Source: Candidatus Kaiserbacteria bacterium RIFCSPHIGHO2_01_FULL_54_36 (GTDB taxonomy: Bacteria; Patescibacteriota; Minisyncoccia; Phycocordibacterales; UBA2100). Taken from it: 64,000 nt of DNA. The notes under the pieces are model-generated. The model had not been told where the DNA came from, made no database searches, and saw only the letters and a list, made by a program, of their open reading frames with translations. The stretch is taken from assembly GCA_001781105.1 (NCBI GenBank), contig MFKV01000028.1, forward strand, positions 10,428-74,427, read 5' to 3'. Position numbers and translations under genes: made by a program. Every line of letters starts with the position of its first letter. Positions within the stretch are counted from its first letter, which is position 1. Of this stretch, positions 1-8,430 are shown piece after piece.

Positions 1-1245
1 GAGTGGATTCTGAAATACGCCGATGAGAAGTGCTCCGAGACCTACGGTAGCGGTGGCAGTAAGGAGAGAGACAAAAAATGGCACAAAAGTCCTGCCGGAT
101 GCGTAGTATCCTCGTACAAGGAGAAACGCAATGCCCTGGGCGGCAAGGGAAAGTGAAAGTAAGCCAAGTACCGCAGCAGTGAGACGCGTATCGGTCCAAT
201 CGAATGCGCCGCTCCCTAGTATCGCGCGCACGATGTACGCTCGCAGCACGATAATGAGCGCGAGCGCGGGAAGCGACCAGAAGACGACCAGTCGCGCGGC
301 GGTTGCAATGTGCTCGATAAAAAGATCGCGCTCGCCGCGGGCAAATGCTGCAGCAAGGATAGGAAAAGCAGCGACAGAATATGATGCGCCGATGATCGCA
401 AGCGGGACCGCCTGCAGGTTCGAGGCCAACATGTACACCGCGATCGAGCCAGGAGTTAGCGTTGCGGCGAGCGCGACAAGCCCGATGAACGTGATTTGGT
501 TGAGTGAGAGCGCGAGCGCCCGCGGGATCGAGATGGTGGCCGTTTCCCACAGGACCCTCGGCCGCCTCAGGCGCGGGAGCGATCGGAAAAAGCCGTCCGC
601 GAAGGCCGATGGGGCCTGGATACCCACGTGCATGAACGCGCCTAAGACAACGCCGAGCGCGAGCCCCAGCATTCCCCACATGGGATAGAAAAAGACAACG
701 CCAGAGATGATGCCAATGTTGTATAGGAGCGGCGAGAGTGCATACAGGGCATAGCGCTGCCGCACCTGGGTAATTGCCCCGAAGATATTGGATAGCCCCA
801 AAAAGATCGGCTGCAGGAGCATGATACGGGTCAAAAGGACGAGCTCCCCGAGATGCCCAGCGGCGTTCAGTTTCGGGAAAAGAGAGGCAAGGAGAGCCGG
901 CGCGAATAGCGCAGCAAGGGCGGCGACTGCGACGGTAAAGATTGAAAATCCGATGATAATGCTATCGATATACTCGCGCTGATCAGTGAATGTGCGGCGC
1001 GATAGTTCAGGGATCAGAATATACACAGATACCAAGGCGCCGGTCCCAACAAATATGAGATCCGGGATACGAAATGCCGCGTAGTAGATGTCGAGCGTCT
1101 GCGAGGCCCCGAACGTGTGTGCCAGAAGCTTGTCCCGCAGGAGTGCCAAAAGAGAGGAAAGAAACGCGGAGAGCGCGATCATATTCACCGCCGCGTGCAA
1201 GCCGCGCACCTCGTACGAAAGGAGTCGGAGAGCCCGATTCATCAT
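1..1245 (-). CDS. murJ: Lipid II flippase MurJ (MviN family), C-terminally truncated by the window edge
   Basis: Not in the ORF track. My own minus-strand translation from the ATG at 1245 gives MMNRALRLLSYEVRG...LLRDKLLAHTFGASQTLDIYYAAFRIPDLIFVGTGALVSV, a multi-TM protein matching the conserved MurJ N-terminus. Its start abuts the stop of the upstream Wzy/TPR gene. Confidence 0.7.
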   Translation of the reverse strand, partial: MMNRALRLLSYEVRGLHAAVNMIALSAFLSSLLALLRDKLLAHTFGASQTLDIYYAAFRIPDLIFVGTGALVSVYILIPELSRRTFTDQREYIDSIIIGFSIFTVAVAALAALFAPALLASLFPKLNAAGHLGELVLLTRIMLLQPIFLGLSNIFGAITQVRQRYALYALSPLLYNIGIISGVVFFYPMWGMLGLALGVVLGAFMHVGIQAPSAFADGFFRSLPRLRRPRVLWETATISIPRALALSLNQITFIGLVALAATLTPGSIAVYMLASNLQAVPLAIIGASYSVAAFPILAAAFARGERDLFIEHIATAARLVVFWSLPALALIIVLRAYIVRAILGSGAFDWTDTRLTAAVLGLLSLSLAAQGIAFLLVRGYYASGRTFVPFFVSLLTATATVGLGALLIGVFQNPL

Positions 1246-1250
1246 ACGAG

Positions 1251-3563
1251 CTATCTATTCGGCACGGGGTTTTGAGCAACGGGTAGCCGACCGGCGCGAA
1301 GATTCGCGAGTGCCTGCTGCACTACGGGCTGATTTGGATCTATGGTGTTGAGTGCCTCGAATATTTTGATGGAGTCGGCCGTACGGCCTAACTCTGCATA
1401 GGTAAGGCCCAAAACGTACGCGGCGTTGGCGTAGTTGGGCTCGAGGGTCAATGCGCGTTCAAGGGCTGCAGCCGCATTTTGGAAGTCTTTGGCAGCATAG
1501 GCAATTGAGCCTGCATTGAACCATGCGAGCGGGTCGTTCGACGCATATTGGGCGGCAAGCGCTGCGGTAGAGAGTGCGTCTTTGAGATTGTTCTGAGATG
1601 CGTATATCTGCGAGGCAACGTAGTAGGCGGCAGCAAAATCTTGCTTGAGCTGTACCGCTGCCGCCAAGTTTTGCAGCGCTAAGTCAGGATGGTTTTCTAT
1701 GATCTCAAGCTGCGCCAGTTGGAAGAGCGGCACGGGGCTTGAAGGATTCTCTTGCCGAGCACGTTCATAGGCTGCGCGGGCGTTTTCATACGCGCCTGCA
1801 ACCTTAACGCCCGCGAGCTGCTGGTAGAGCCCGGCGACTTCAAGCCAATTTTGATAGTCGTCTCCATTAATCGCAACTGCATCGAGCCCATGTTGGATCG
1901 TTTCTTGCAGTGTGGTTTGCAATTGCGCACGCACTGCTTCATCTTCCGGATCCCCTTTTGCAATAAGTTGCTGCAACTGGACGAGTCCGAGCTGCACTGC
2001 CGCACGATGCGCGCGGGTATTCGACGGATATACCTTGAGTGCCTTCTTTATGAGATCTGATGCCCTCTGAACATCTTGTGTCTGGTTGTAGACAATAATA
2101 CTCTTATTGAGAAGCATCTCCGCTGCGAGCACTCGCGATATCCCGAGAGAAGTTGCCAAAACCACAATGCCAAAAAGGATGAGGCCGATTGCTTGCGCTA
2201 TTCCTTGCCATCCCTCGCCGCGCACGCGCAAGTAGATGAGGCCCGTGATCCCCGCCCCTGCGGCTGAGGCTGTGAGCAATCCGGCGAAGATAAATACAAG
2301 TGCGCTTAGTGCTGGGCCTGGTACGTACAAGATATAGAAGACGACCAGGTACAGAGCTGCAAGGCCAAACGAAGAAGCATAGAGTACATCTGGCGCCCCG
2401 TGCGCCTTAGTATGGCGTATAAGCGAGCGACCCGCGGTGAGTAGGATCGCGCCTACAAAGAGTATCCATACAAGAATGCCAATAATGCCGGTCGTGACAA
2501 ATGAAGTAGGGATAGATCCTACGCCCGCGTTGAAATCAGTGTTCCAAAATGCTGTCTGATTGACGCTTGCCGGCTTATATAATCCCCACTCACGGCCAAA
2601 CGTGTTGGGACCCGCTCCGAAAAAGAGTGACGCGGGCTCTGTAAGAGAGAGGCTGCCTATCTCTATCGTGCCTTGCCAGGACGGCCGTACTTCGACGCTT
2701 GCCACCCGTATTTGAGAAGGCATCACGTTTGTGATAAAGCTGCCGAAGACCATCAAGAAGACCGCAAGGATAATGAGAACCCCCCATTCGCCGTGCGTCT
2801 TCCAGGAGAAAGAAACGTGGCCGCTCTTAGCGCGCTGAGCCATGAGCTCAAATGCAAGCCCAACTGCGCAAGCGACAGCGACCGCCGCCCAGACATCAAA
2901 GAAATTCGCGACAATAAGTAACAAGACCGAGGCGAGAGACACGGCCCAGATAAGGTAGCGCCAGATCCCCTCTGCAGCTTGGCTCTCTCGCAAGCTGAGC
3001 CCCAGAATAGTGAAAAGGCCCAGTATGATCGCAAATTCATGCCAGTTGCCAAACGCATTTCCTGTCTGCCCTGCGATGGCGCCGCCAAATCCGAATTGCG
3101 GCATTGCGAAGTGAAATATTTCAAGACCTACAAGTATCGCGGCTCCAATATAGAGGCCCCGTATTGCCCTCACGCGGGCTTCTGGCGCACCTGAAAAGAT
3201 AAGCGCAGAAAGCGCGAGCGCGGCATACAGAATGCATGCAAAAGCGAGCGTGTCTTGTTCAACTCCTGTTCCCACAAGCGATACTTGAGAAACGCCAGAT
3301 ACGAGGACAGAAGTCGCGTAGATGATCGGCAAAAGCAGTCCAGCAGCGAGGATCAGGCTTGCGGGAATTCTAACGCTTCCTTCTAAGAATCGGGCGGCCA
3401 CCCAACACACTGCCGTAATCGCTAATAGCACGACAATGAGCGCGGCTTTTGCTTGTACTATCGTTATCCAAAGGACGGGCACGAAAAAAATCGGCAAAAG
3501 GCCGATAAGGAGTATCATGCACCACTGCGCTACGGAGTCGAGTTTTGAAGTGCCATTCCCCAT
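1251..3563 (-). CDS. Polytopic membrane protein with O-antigen ligase (Wzy_C)-like core and C-terminal TPR repeats
   Basis: 770-aa ORF with many hydrophobic helices followed by a roughly 250-aa TPR-like repeat region (AYYVASQIY..., NYANAAYVLGLTYAELG...). Its stop lies 6 nt upstream of the murJ start. Confidence 0.7.
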   Translation of the reverse strand: MGNGTSKLDSVAQWCMILLIGLLPIFFVPVLWITIVQAKAALIVVLLAITAVCWVAARFLEGSVRIPASLILAAGLLLPIIYATSVLVSGVSQVSLVGTGVEQDTLAFACILYAALALSALIFSGAPEARVRAIRGLYIGAAILVGLEIFHFAMPQFGFGGAIAGQTGNAFGNWHEFAIILGLFTILGLSLRESQAAEGIWRYLIWAVSLASVLLLIVANFFDVWAAVAVACAVGLAFELMAQRAKSGHVSFSWKTHGEWGVLIILAVFLMVFGSFITNVMPSQIRVASVEVRPSWQGTIEIGSLSLTEPASLFFGAGPNTFGREWGLYKPASVNQTAFWNTDFNAGVGSIPTSFVTTGIIGILVWILFVGAILLTAGRSLIRHTKAHGAPDVLYASSFGLAALYLVVFYILYVPGPALSALVFIFAGLLTASAAGAGITGLIYLRVRGEGWQGIAQAIGLILFGIVVLATSLGISRVLAAEMLLNKSIIVYNQTQDVQRASDLIKKALKVYPSNTRAHRAAVQLGLVQLQQLIAKGDPEDEAVRAQLQTTLQETIQHGLDAVAINGDDYQNWLEVAGLYQQLAGVKVAGAYENARAAYERARQENPSSPVPLFQLAQLEIIENHPDLALQNLAAAVQLKQDFAAAYYVASQIYASQNNLKDALSTAALAAQYASNDPLAWFNAGSIAYAAKDFQNAAAALERALTLEPNYANAAYVLGLTYAELGRTADSIKIFEALNTIDPNQPVVQQALANLRAGRLPVAQNPVPNR

Positions 3564-3671
3564 ACGATCGTATTGACTGGTATCGCACTAGTGTAGCACA
3601 CCTGTTTTTATGCAACTTTTGTCTAAACGGTGGGGATGTTGTTTTTTGGCTAATATATGAAATACTGTCCC

Positions 3672-4042
3672 CCTGCATTAGGCAGCCGCTCGCGCGCAAG
3701 CGTTGAGAGGAAAGTCCGGACACGCACATCGATCAGATGTAGTACGGTAGCGGGTAACGCCCGCCGGGGTAATCCTAGGGATGCGAACAGAGACGTCCGA
3801 GCCGAGAGGCAAAGACACCCCTGTCTGCCGACAGGCAGGCGCAAGGGTGAGCCAGTGTGGAAACGCATTGGGTGCAACGGCAAAAATCCTACCTGCGTGC
3901 AAGGCCGTGCTTGGTCGTGCCGCTTTGAACATTCGGTGTTCAGTGCGGCATGACTGAGAGAGCCGCGCGAGGTGAGTGGCAACATTCATCCCAGATACAT
4001 GGCTGCCCCCGACAGAATCCGGCTTATTGTGCAGTGCAGGCG
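3672..4042 (+). ncRNA. rnpB: RNase P RNA (bacterial type A)
   Basis: GAGAGGAAAGTCCGGAC at 3705-3720 matches the universal P4 5' strand GAGGAAAGUCCGGGC. GGTAGCGGGTAACGCCCGCCGGGG matches the E. coli GGGUGCCAGGUAACGCCUGGG region. GACAGAATCCGGCTTAT at 4011-4027 matches the P4 3' strand ACAGAACCCGGCUUA. No ORF is compatible. Ends are approximate. Confidence 0.85.
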
Positions 4043-4080
4043 AGCAAAGCAAACGAGCTTTGCTCGTTTGCTTTTGAGCC
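4043..4080 (+). terminator. Hairpin plus T-run terminator after rnpB
   Basis: AGCAAACGAGCTTTGCTCGTTTGCTTTTG: perfect stem GCAAACGAGC/GCTCGTTTGC followed by TTTT. Confidence 0.6.
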
Positions 4081-4152
4081 AAACAAACAAAACGAACGAA
4101 GTGAGTATTGTGCAGAGGAAACGAACAAAGCGAAAGCGATGCTCGCTTTCGT

Positions 4153-4632
4153 TTATAGTTGAACCCAGTCTCCCACTTCAACTGAATGCGCCGCAGCGTA
4201 TCCCGCCGGAAGCTCGAGCACGTAGCGCGCCTGCTGCGTAGGCTCGAAGCTCTGTGGATAGGTATCGGGAGACACGTTTTCTGTGATAGAGACGATCGTG
4301 CCGTCAGCGGCGAGCCACAGAATATCGATCGAGAATCGCATATCTTTCATCCAAAATCCGTATTCCCCATCGGCGGGAAAAATAAAGAGCATGCCTTCGT
4401 CGGGAGCTAGTCCTTCGCGGCCACTCAATCCCCTTTGCCGCTCTGCGGGAGTCTCTACAACAGTGGCTTGTACGGTTTGGTCTCCCACGCCTATCGTCCG
4501 CATCGGAGATGCGAGCGAGGAAGTACTGACGGGAGCAGGCTTAACGTGCTGCTCCGTCAAGATCGTATAGAAATATGCGGCGACGAGTAGAAGTACGCCC
4601 GCAACAGCGATGTAGATTGATCCGCGCTTCAT
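4153..4632 (-). CDS. DUF192 family protein
   Basis: 159 aa with an N-terminal membrane anchor. The motif GMLFIF...FWMKDMRFSIDILWL is typical of DUF192/COG1430. Confidence 0.75.
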   Translation of the reverse strand: MKRGSIYIAVAGVLLLVAAYFYTILTEQHVKPAPVSTSSLASPMRTIGVGDQTVQATVVETPAERQRGLSGREGLAPDEGMLFIFPADGEYGFWMKDMRFSIDILWLAADGTIVSITENVSPDTYPQSFEPTQQARYVLELPAGYAAAHSVEVGDWVQL

Positions 4633-4641
4633 ATCACGAGG

Positions 4642-5115
4642 CTACTCTGCAAGATATGCGCCAGTCTGATCCGCTTCCATGTCATAGTTCGCCCCTACCG
4701 CTGCGGACCCGACGACGAGGATGATAGCCATCACAATGAATGAGACAAGCCAGTAGAGCGAGACTATCAAGTAGTAGCGGATGGGTTTTTGCTCCCAGAG
4801 CACCATTCCAAGCATCGGCGGGGCGGTAAAGCCGATCCAACACCAAAAGCCAAGCTCTATGGCACCGATCCAGTCATATACTCCCCAGGCGATGCCGAAA
4901 TAGTTCATCACATATGCGACAAGCATGCTCGCAAGGAGCGCCACGAGTGCATAGAGCGGCATCCACTTCTTGCCGCGCTCCGCCATTTCGGGAGTCATAC
5001 CTCCCATTCGCATCCAGCTGCCGCCGAAAATGCTCGGGTGGTACCATACCCACCCAATGAGAACGGATGCGACGCCTGCGGCGAGTATTGGCCAGAACGT
5101 TACTTCCATCATGTT
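4642..5115 (-). CDS. DUF1761 family membrane protein
   Basis: MMEVTFWPILAAGVASVLIGWVWYHPSIFGGSWMRMGG... is a DUF1761-like multi-TM protein. The longer ORF reaching 5343 overlaps tRNA-Ser, so the start is taken at the MMEV codon. Confidence 0.65.
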   Translation of the reverse strand, partial: NMMEVTFWPILAAGVASVLIGWVWYHPSIFGGSWMRMGGMTPEMAERGKKWMPLYALVALLASMLVAYVMNYFGIAWGVYDWIGAIELGFWCWIGFTAPPMLGMVLWEQKPIRYYLIVSLYWLVSFIVMAIILVVGSAAVGANYDMEADQTGAYLAE

Positions 5116-5169
5116 GTGGTAATGATAACGTGCACCCCACTCACGTCTAGAGGACGATGTGTACAGATT

Positions 5170-5254
5170 CGGAGGCGGAGAGATTCGAACTCTCGATGCC
5201 TTGCGGCATGCCGCCTTTCCAAGGCGGTGCACTAGACCACTATGCGACGCCTCC
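5170..5254 (-). tRNA. tRNA-Ser (anticodon GGA)
   Basis: Reverse complement is GGAGGCGTCGCATAGTGGTCTAGTGCACCGCCTTGGAAAGGCGG...GGTTCGAATCTCTCCGCCTCC. It has a cloverleaf with a 7/7 acceptor stem, anticodon loop TTGGAAA, a long variable arm, and a TΨC arm GAGAGTTCGAATCTCTC. Confidence 0.9.
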
Positions 5255-5304
5255 GTATGTTGCGAAGTATAGAATATCCCCATGCCTTGTTCAATACAAT
5301 GCAA

Positions 5305-5326
5305 TTGTATCGATATATCGATACAA
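5305..5326. promoter_or_regulatory. 22-bp perfect palindrome TTGTATCGATATATCGATACAA, a putative operator
   Basis: Perfect dyad immediately upstream of and overlapping the ATG of the TrpR-like regulator, in the divergent region shared with tRNA-Ser. A near-identical copy lies at 5738-5759. Confidence 0.6.
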
Positions 5327-5733
5327 TGTGGAATATGACTCATGTCTCTCAGCGAACGCTTGCCACAAATACTTCAAGGCGGATCAAGAAGAACCTTATC
5401 AACGCGCTCGGGGGAAATGACGGGGTTATCATCGAGTCTCTTCTTACACCGACGGAAACGACAATGCTCGCAAAGCGCTTAGCAATGATCGTCATGCTCG
5501 AACGCAAATATTCCTCATATGAAATAGGTAAGGGTCTGAACGTGAGTATTTCTACAGTCCTTCGTTTTGAGCGGATGCTTCGCGCGGGGGTATTTCGTGC
5601 AATTCAAAGAATCTTGCGCAGTAAGAAAAAAGTATCACTATTAGAGTTGTTGGAGCTGACGTTCGTGCGCCATGGAAATGCAAAACACAAAAGGCGCATG
5701 GCGGACATCAAGCGCAGGTTATGGGCCACGTAG
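5326..5733 (+). CDS. Small Trp-repressor-like (TrpR/YerC family) DNA-binding protein
   Basis: ...LLTPTETTMLAKRLAMIVMLERKYSSYEIGKGLNVSISTVLRFERML has the HTH signature of the TrpR/YerC family. Start chosen at MWNMTHV (5326); 5335 is also possible. Confidence 0.55.
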   Translation: MWNMTHVSQRTLATNTSRRIKKNLINALGGNDGVIIESLLTPTETTMLAKRLAMIVMLERKYSSYEIGKGLNVSISTVLRFERMLRAGVFRAIQRILRSKKKVSLLELLELTFVRHGNAKHKRRMADIKRRLWAT

Positions 5734-5737
5734 TCTA

Positions 5738-5759
5738 ATGTATCGATATATCGATACAT
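5738..5759. promoter_or_regulatory. Second copy of the palindrome ATGTATCGATATATCGATACAT
   Basis: The same 20-bp core TGTATCGATATATCGATACA as at 5305-5326, placed between the convergent regulator and htpX genes. Confidence 0.55.
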
Positions 5760-5801
5760 TTCATGCTGTGTGATTTGCCAACGATAGGCTGGCGGATGAC
5801 C

Positions 5802-6692
5802 TTACACGCGCATTTGAGTAAGTGCTGCTACTCTTTCTTCAACAGGTGGATGGGTCGAGAAAAGCTTAGCAATAAAGCGGCCAGCTTCGTGCGCACCGAA
5901 TGGATTTGAGATAAAAAGGTGGGCAGTGGCGTGATTTGCCTTTTGCATCGGCGCACCATAGGACGCTATCTTCTGTAAGGCGGAAGCAAGAGCATCCGGA
6001 TAGCGCGTCAGAAGCGCCCCAGACGCGTCAGCTAAGAATTCCCGCTTTCGGGAAACAGCCAACTGTATCAATTGTGCAGCGATGGGCGCAAGAATGATAG
6101 CAGCGATACCGGCAACGAGCAGCAGTGGATTTTTATTGTCGCGATTCCCTCCCCCGAAAAAGCTCATGCGCAAAAAGATATCTGAAACGATGGCGATGAA
6201 TCCAGCGAGGACTACCGCAACCGTCATCACCAGAATATCTCTGTTGCCGATATGTGAGAGCTCGTGCGCAAGGACTCCCTCTAGTTCCGAGCGATCCAGC
6301 CGCTCAAGCAGTCCGGTTGTTACGGCAACCACTGCATGTTTTGGGTCGCGTCCGGCGGCAAATGCGTTCGGAGCGGGCTCCTGCATTACGTAGACGCGTG
6401 GCTTCGGAAGCCCTGCGGTGATCGCGAGATTCTCTACAATGCGATGCAGCTCAAGGTATTCGACAGGATCAGCTTCCTTCGCGCCGGTCGCAGAGAGAGC
6501 GATCTTATCGGAGAACCAGTATGCGGTTATGTTCATTACAAGAGAAAAAGCGACCGCGGCGTAGAGAATGGCAGTATTGCCATACAGCTGCGATACGATC
6601 CATCCGAGCGCGATAACGATGACCAAGAATCCGGCCATGAGGAACCATGTCTTGCGGATGTTTTTGCCTTGTTGGGTGTAAAGAGATGCCAT
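5802..6692 (-). CDS. htpX: Zinc metalloprotease HtpX (peptidase M48)
   Basis: HELSH (HEXXH) motif, N-terminal TM helices, overall HtpX architecture. Adjacent to lemA, as in many bacteria. Confidence 0.9.
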   Translation of the reverse strand: MASLYTQQGKNIRKTWFLMAGFLVIVIALGWIVSQLYGNTAILYAAVAFSLVMNITAYWFSDKIALSATGAKEADPVEYLELHRIVENLAITAGLPKPRVYVMQEPAPNAFAAGRDPKHAVVAVTTGLLERLDRSELEGVLAHELSHIGNRDILVMTVAVVLAGFIAIVSDIFLRMSFFGGGNRDNKNPLLLVAGIAAIILAPIAAQLIQLAVSRKREFLADASGALLTRYPDALASALQKIASYGAPMQKANHATAHLFISNPFGAHEAGRFIAKLFSTHPPVEERVAALTQMRV

Positions 6693-6737
6693 AGTGAAAA
6701 GACTCCGTAACTATACCAAAACGCTACCAATATATTG

Positions 6738-7298
6738 CTAGAAGCTGACCTTGACGGGGTTCCTCGCTGCTTCTTCGCCAGCATCAAGCTGGAAGAACTC
6801 TCTTGTTTTGAATCCGAATGTACTGCCCACAATGTTCGTTGGGAATTGCTCGAGTGCGTTCTGGAGGTCTTGCACGACCGTGTTGTAGAATCGGCGAGCG
6901 GCTTGGATCTTATTCTCGGTGTCGGAGAGTTCTCGCTGGAGCTCGACGAAATTAGAGTTTGCCTTGAGATCGGGGTAGCTCTCAGAAACCGCAAAGAGCG
7001 ATTTAAGCGCGCCGGTAAGCATGTTCTCTGCTTGCGCGTGCTCAGCGACACTTTGCGCCCCCATCGCTTTTGTACGCGCATCCGTTACTTTCTGCAACGT
7101 TCCTGCTTCGTGCGCAGCGTAGCCCTTTACCGTCGCGATGAGATTTGGGATGAGGTCGTAGCGGCGCTTCAGCTGCACATCGATGTCAGACCACGCCTCT
7201 TCTGCCTGATTCGTAAGCCGGACGAATCGGTTGTACGCCCAGACAACGAACAGCACTGCCAGGACAGCGATCCCAAGAAGTATCCACGAAATGTTCAT
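6738..7298 (-). CDS. lemA: LemA family protein
   Basis: N-terminal TM helix plus a conserved LemA core (RRYDLIPNLIATVKGYAAHE...FYNTVV). Confidence 0.9.
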   Translation of the reverse strand: MNISWILLGIAVLAVLFVVWAYNRFVRLTNQAEEAWSDIDVQLKRRYDLIPNLIATVKGYAAHEAGTLQKVTDARTKAMGAQSVAEHAQAENMLTGALKSLFAVSESYPDLKANSNFVELQRELSDTENKIQAARRFYNTVVQDLQNALEQFPTNIVGSTFGFKTREFFQLDAGEEAARNPVKVSF

Positions 7299-7329
7299 GC
7301 GCTTAGTGTATCACAATCGCCTCAACTAT

Positions 7330-8256
7330 CTATATACCTAGGAAATTCTTCAGGGCTTGCGCGATTCCGTCCCAGAAACCTCTTGGCTGCGGGCTTGCGC
7401 TAGGAGTGGGGGCTGGCCCGCCGAATGTATTGAAATCCGGATTAGTATAGAACGATGCTTGGTTTGCCGTTCCACCCGCGGGCCCACTTTGGCCTGCCCC
7501 CTGTGCTTGGAGCGCGACCATTTCCTGTGTTGGATATAGTACGGGCCGCTCGGTCTCACCAGATTGCAACGTTGCACTCGAATTGCTAAAAACATTCCCC
7601 ACAGCCTCTGATGCTGATTTTGCCACATCTTGTATCACTCTCCCCACGGCAAACCAGCTGAACGGAGACTTCGGGGCTTCGGTGGTTGTTGTATCCTCAG
7701 TCGTTTCGTCGGTGATAGGCACAAGTGTGGTGTCCAGCAGATTGCTGATCAGCGTACTGCCGAGCGAGCTCGGGCAAGGCTTTCCATCGGGACCAAGGGC
7801 ATTGGGATCGCTCTCCCCGCTAAAGGCGCTAGATCTGGTAGATCCAGATGCGGGACAGGGCTCGGTTTTCGGCTGCTCTGGCGGTTTCTCGTCTTTTTTT
7901 GGCTCAGGCATTTTCGGCATCTCGGGTGGTTTGCCTCCGCCTGGCGGCTCCCCCTTGCAGATGTTTGGCCCCTTACACTTACCAGGTGTCTCATGCCCAT
8001 TGGTAAAATCCGGACACGAACAGTCGAGTCCCCCTTTCTTTTTTGTTTTGGGATTTATCTTATCGCAGGGATAAGTGTAGTCTTTGTCGGGTGTGCATTT
8101 GGCGTCCGCTTCTTTCGCAACCGCAAGCTGGCTCGAGCGAGATGCCGTAGACATGCTCAGTGAGCCAATTGTAAAGCTCACCACGAATACCGCGGCGAGC
8201 GCGATAGCGCTTGAGGATGTAAACCGGAAGGCCTTCTTCTTCCTCCGCGATGCCAT
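7330..8256 (-). CDS. Hypothetical membrane-anchored, Cys- and Pro/Lys-rich low-complexity protein
   Basis: 308-aa ORF with an N-terminal hydrophobic anchor, a Cys cluster (CTPDKDYTYPCDK...CSCPDF...CKGPNIC) and PEPKK-type repeats. No family recognised. Confidence 0.55.
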   Translation of the reverse strand: MASRRKKKAFRFTSSSAIALAAVFVVSFTIGSLSMSTASRSSQLAVAKEADAKCTPDKDYTYPCDKINPKTKKKGGLDCSCPDFTNGHETPGKCKGPNICKGEPPGGGKPPEMPKMPEPKKDEKPPEQPKTEPCPASGSTRSSAFSGESDPNALGPDGKPCPSSLGSTLISNLLDTTLVPITDETTEDTTTTEAPKSPFSWFAVGRVIQDVAKSASEAVGNVFSNSSATLQSGETERPVLYPTQEMVALQAQGAGQSGPAGGTANQASFYTNPDFNTFGGPAPTPSASPQPRGFWDGIAQALKNFLGI

Positions 8257-8430
8257 ACCGCAATTCTACCACGCAAAATTGCGCTCCTTCCGTATTTTCC
8301 CAACCCCCAAGCGAGGCGCTCAGTGGGCCTGGAGCAAGGCCCCTCGCAGCCGCGACGGCGGCGAGAGGAGCAGATCCGCCAGCAGGCGGATACGCGTGTC
8401 TTGCGAGAGGCCCACTGAGCGCCGAGCGCC

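Noticed and set aside
131-688. 185-aa plus-strand ORF at the window start
   Set aside because: Low-complexity Ala/Ser/Arg-rich product typical of an out-of-frame read through a GC-rich gene. The opposite strand gives a convincing MurJ translation across the whole 1-1245 interval.
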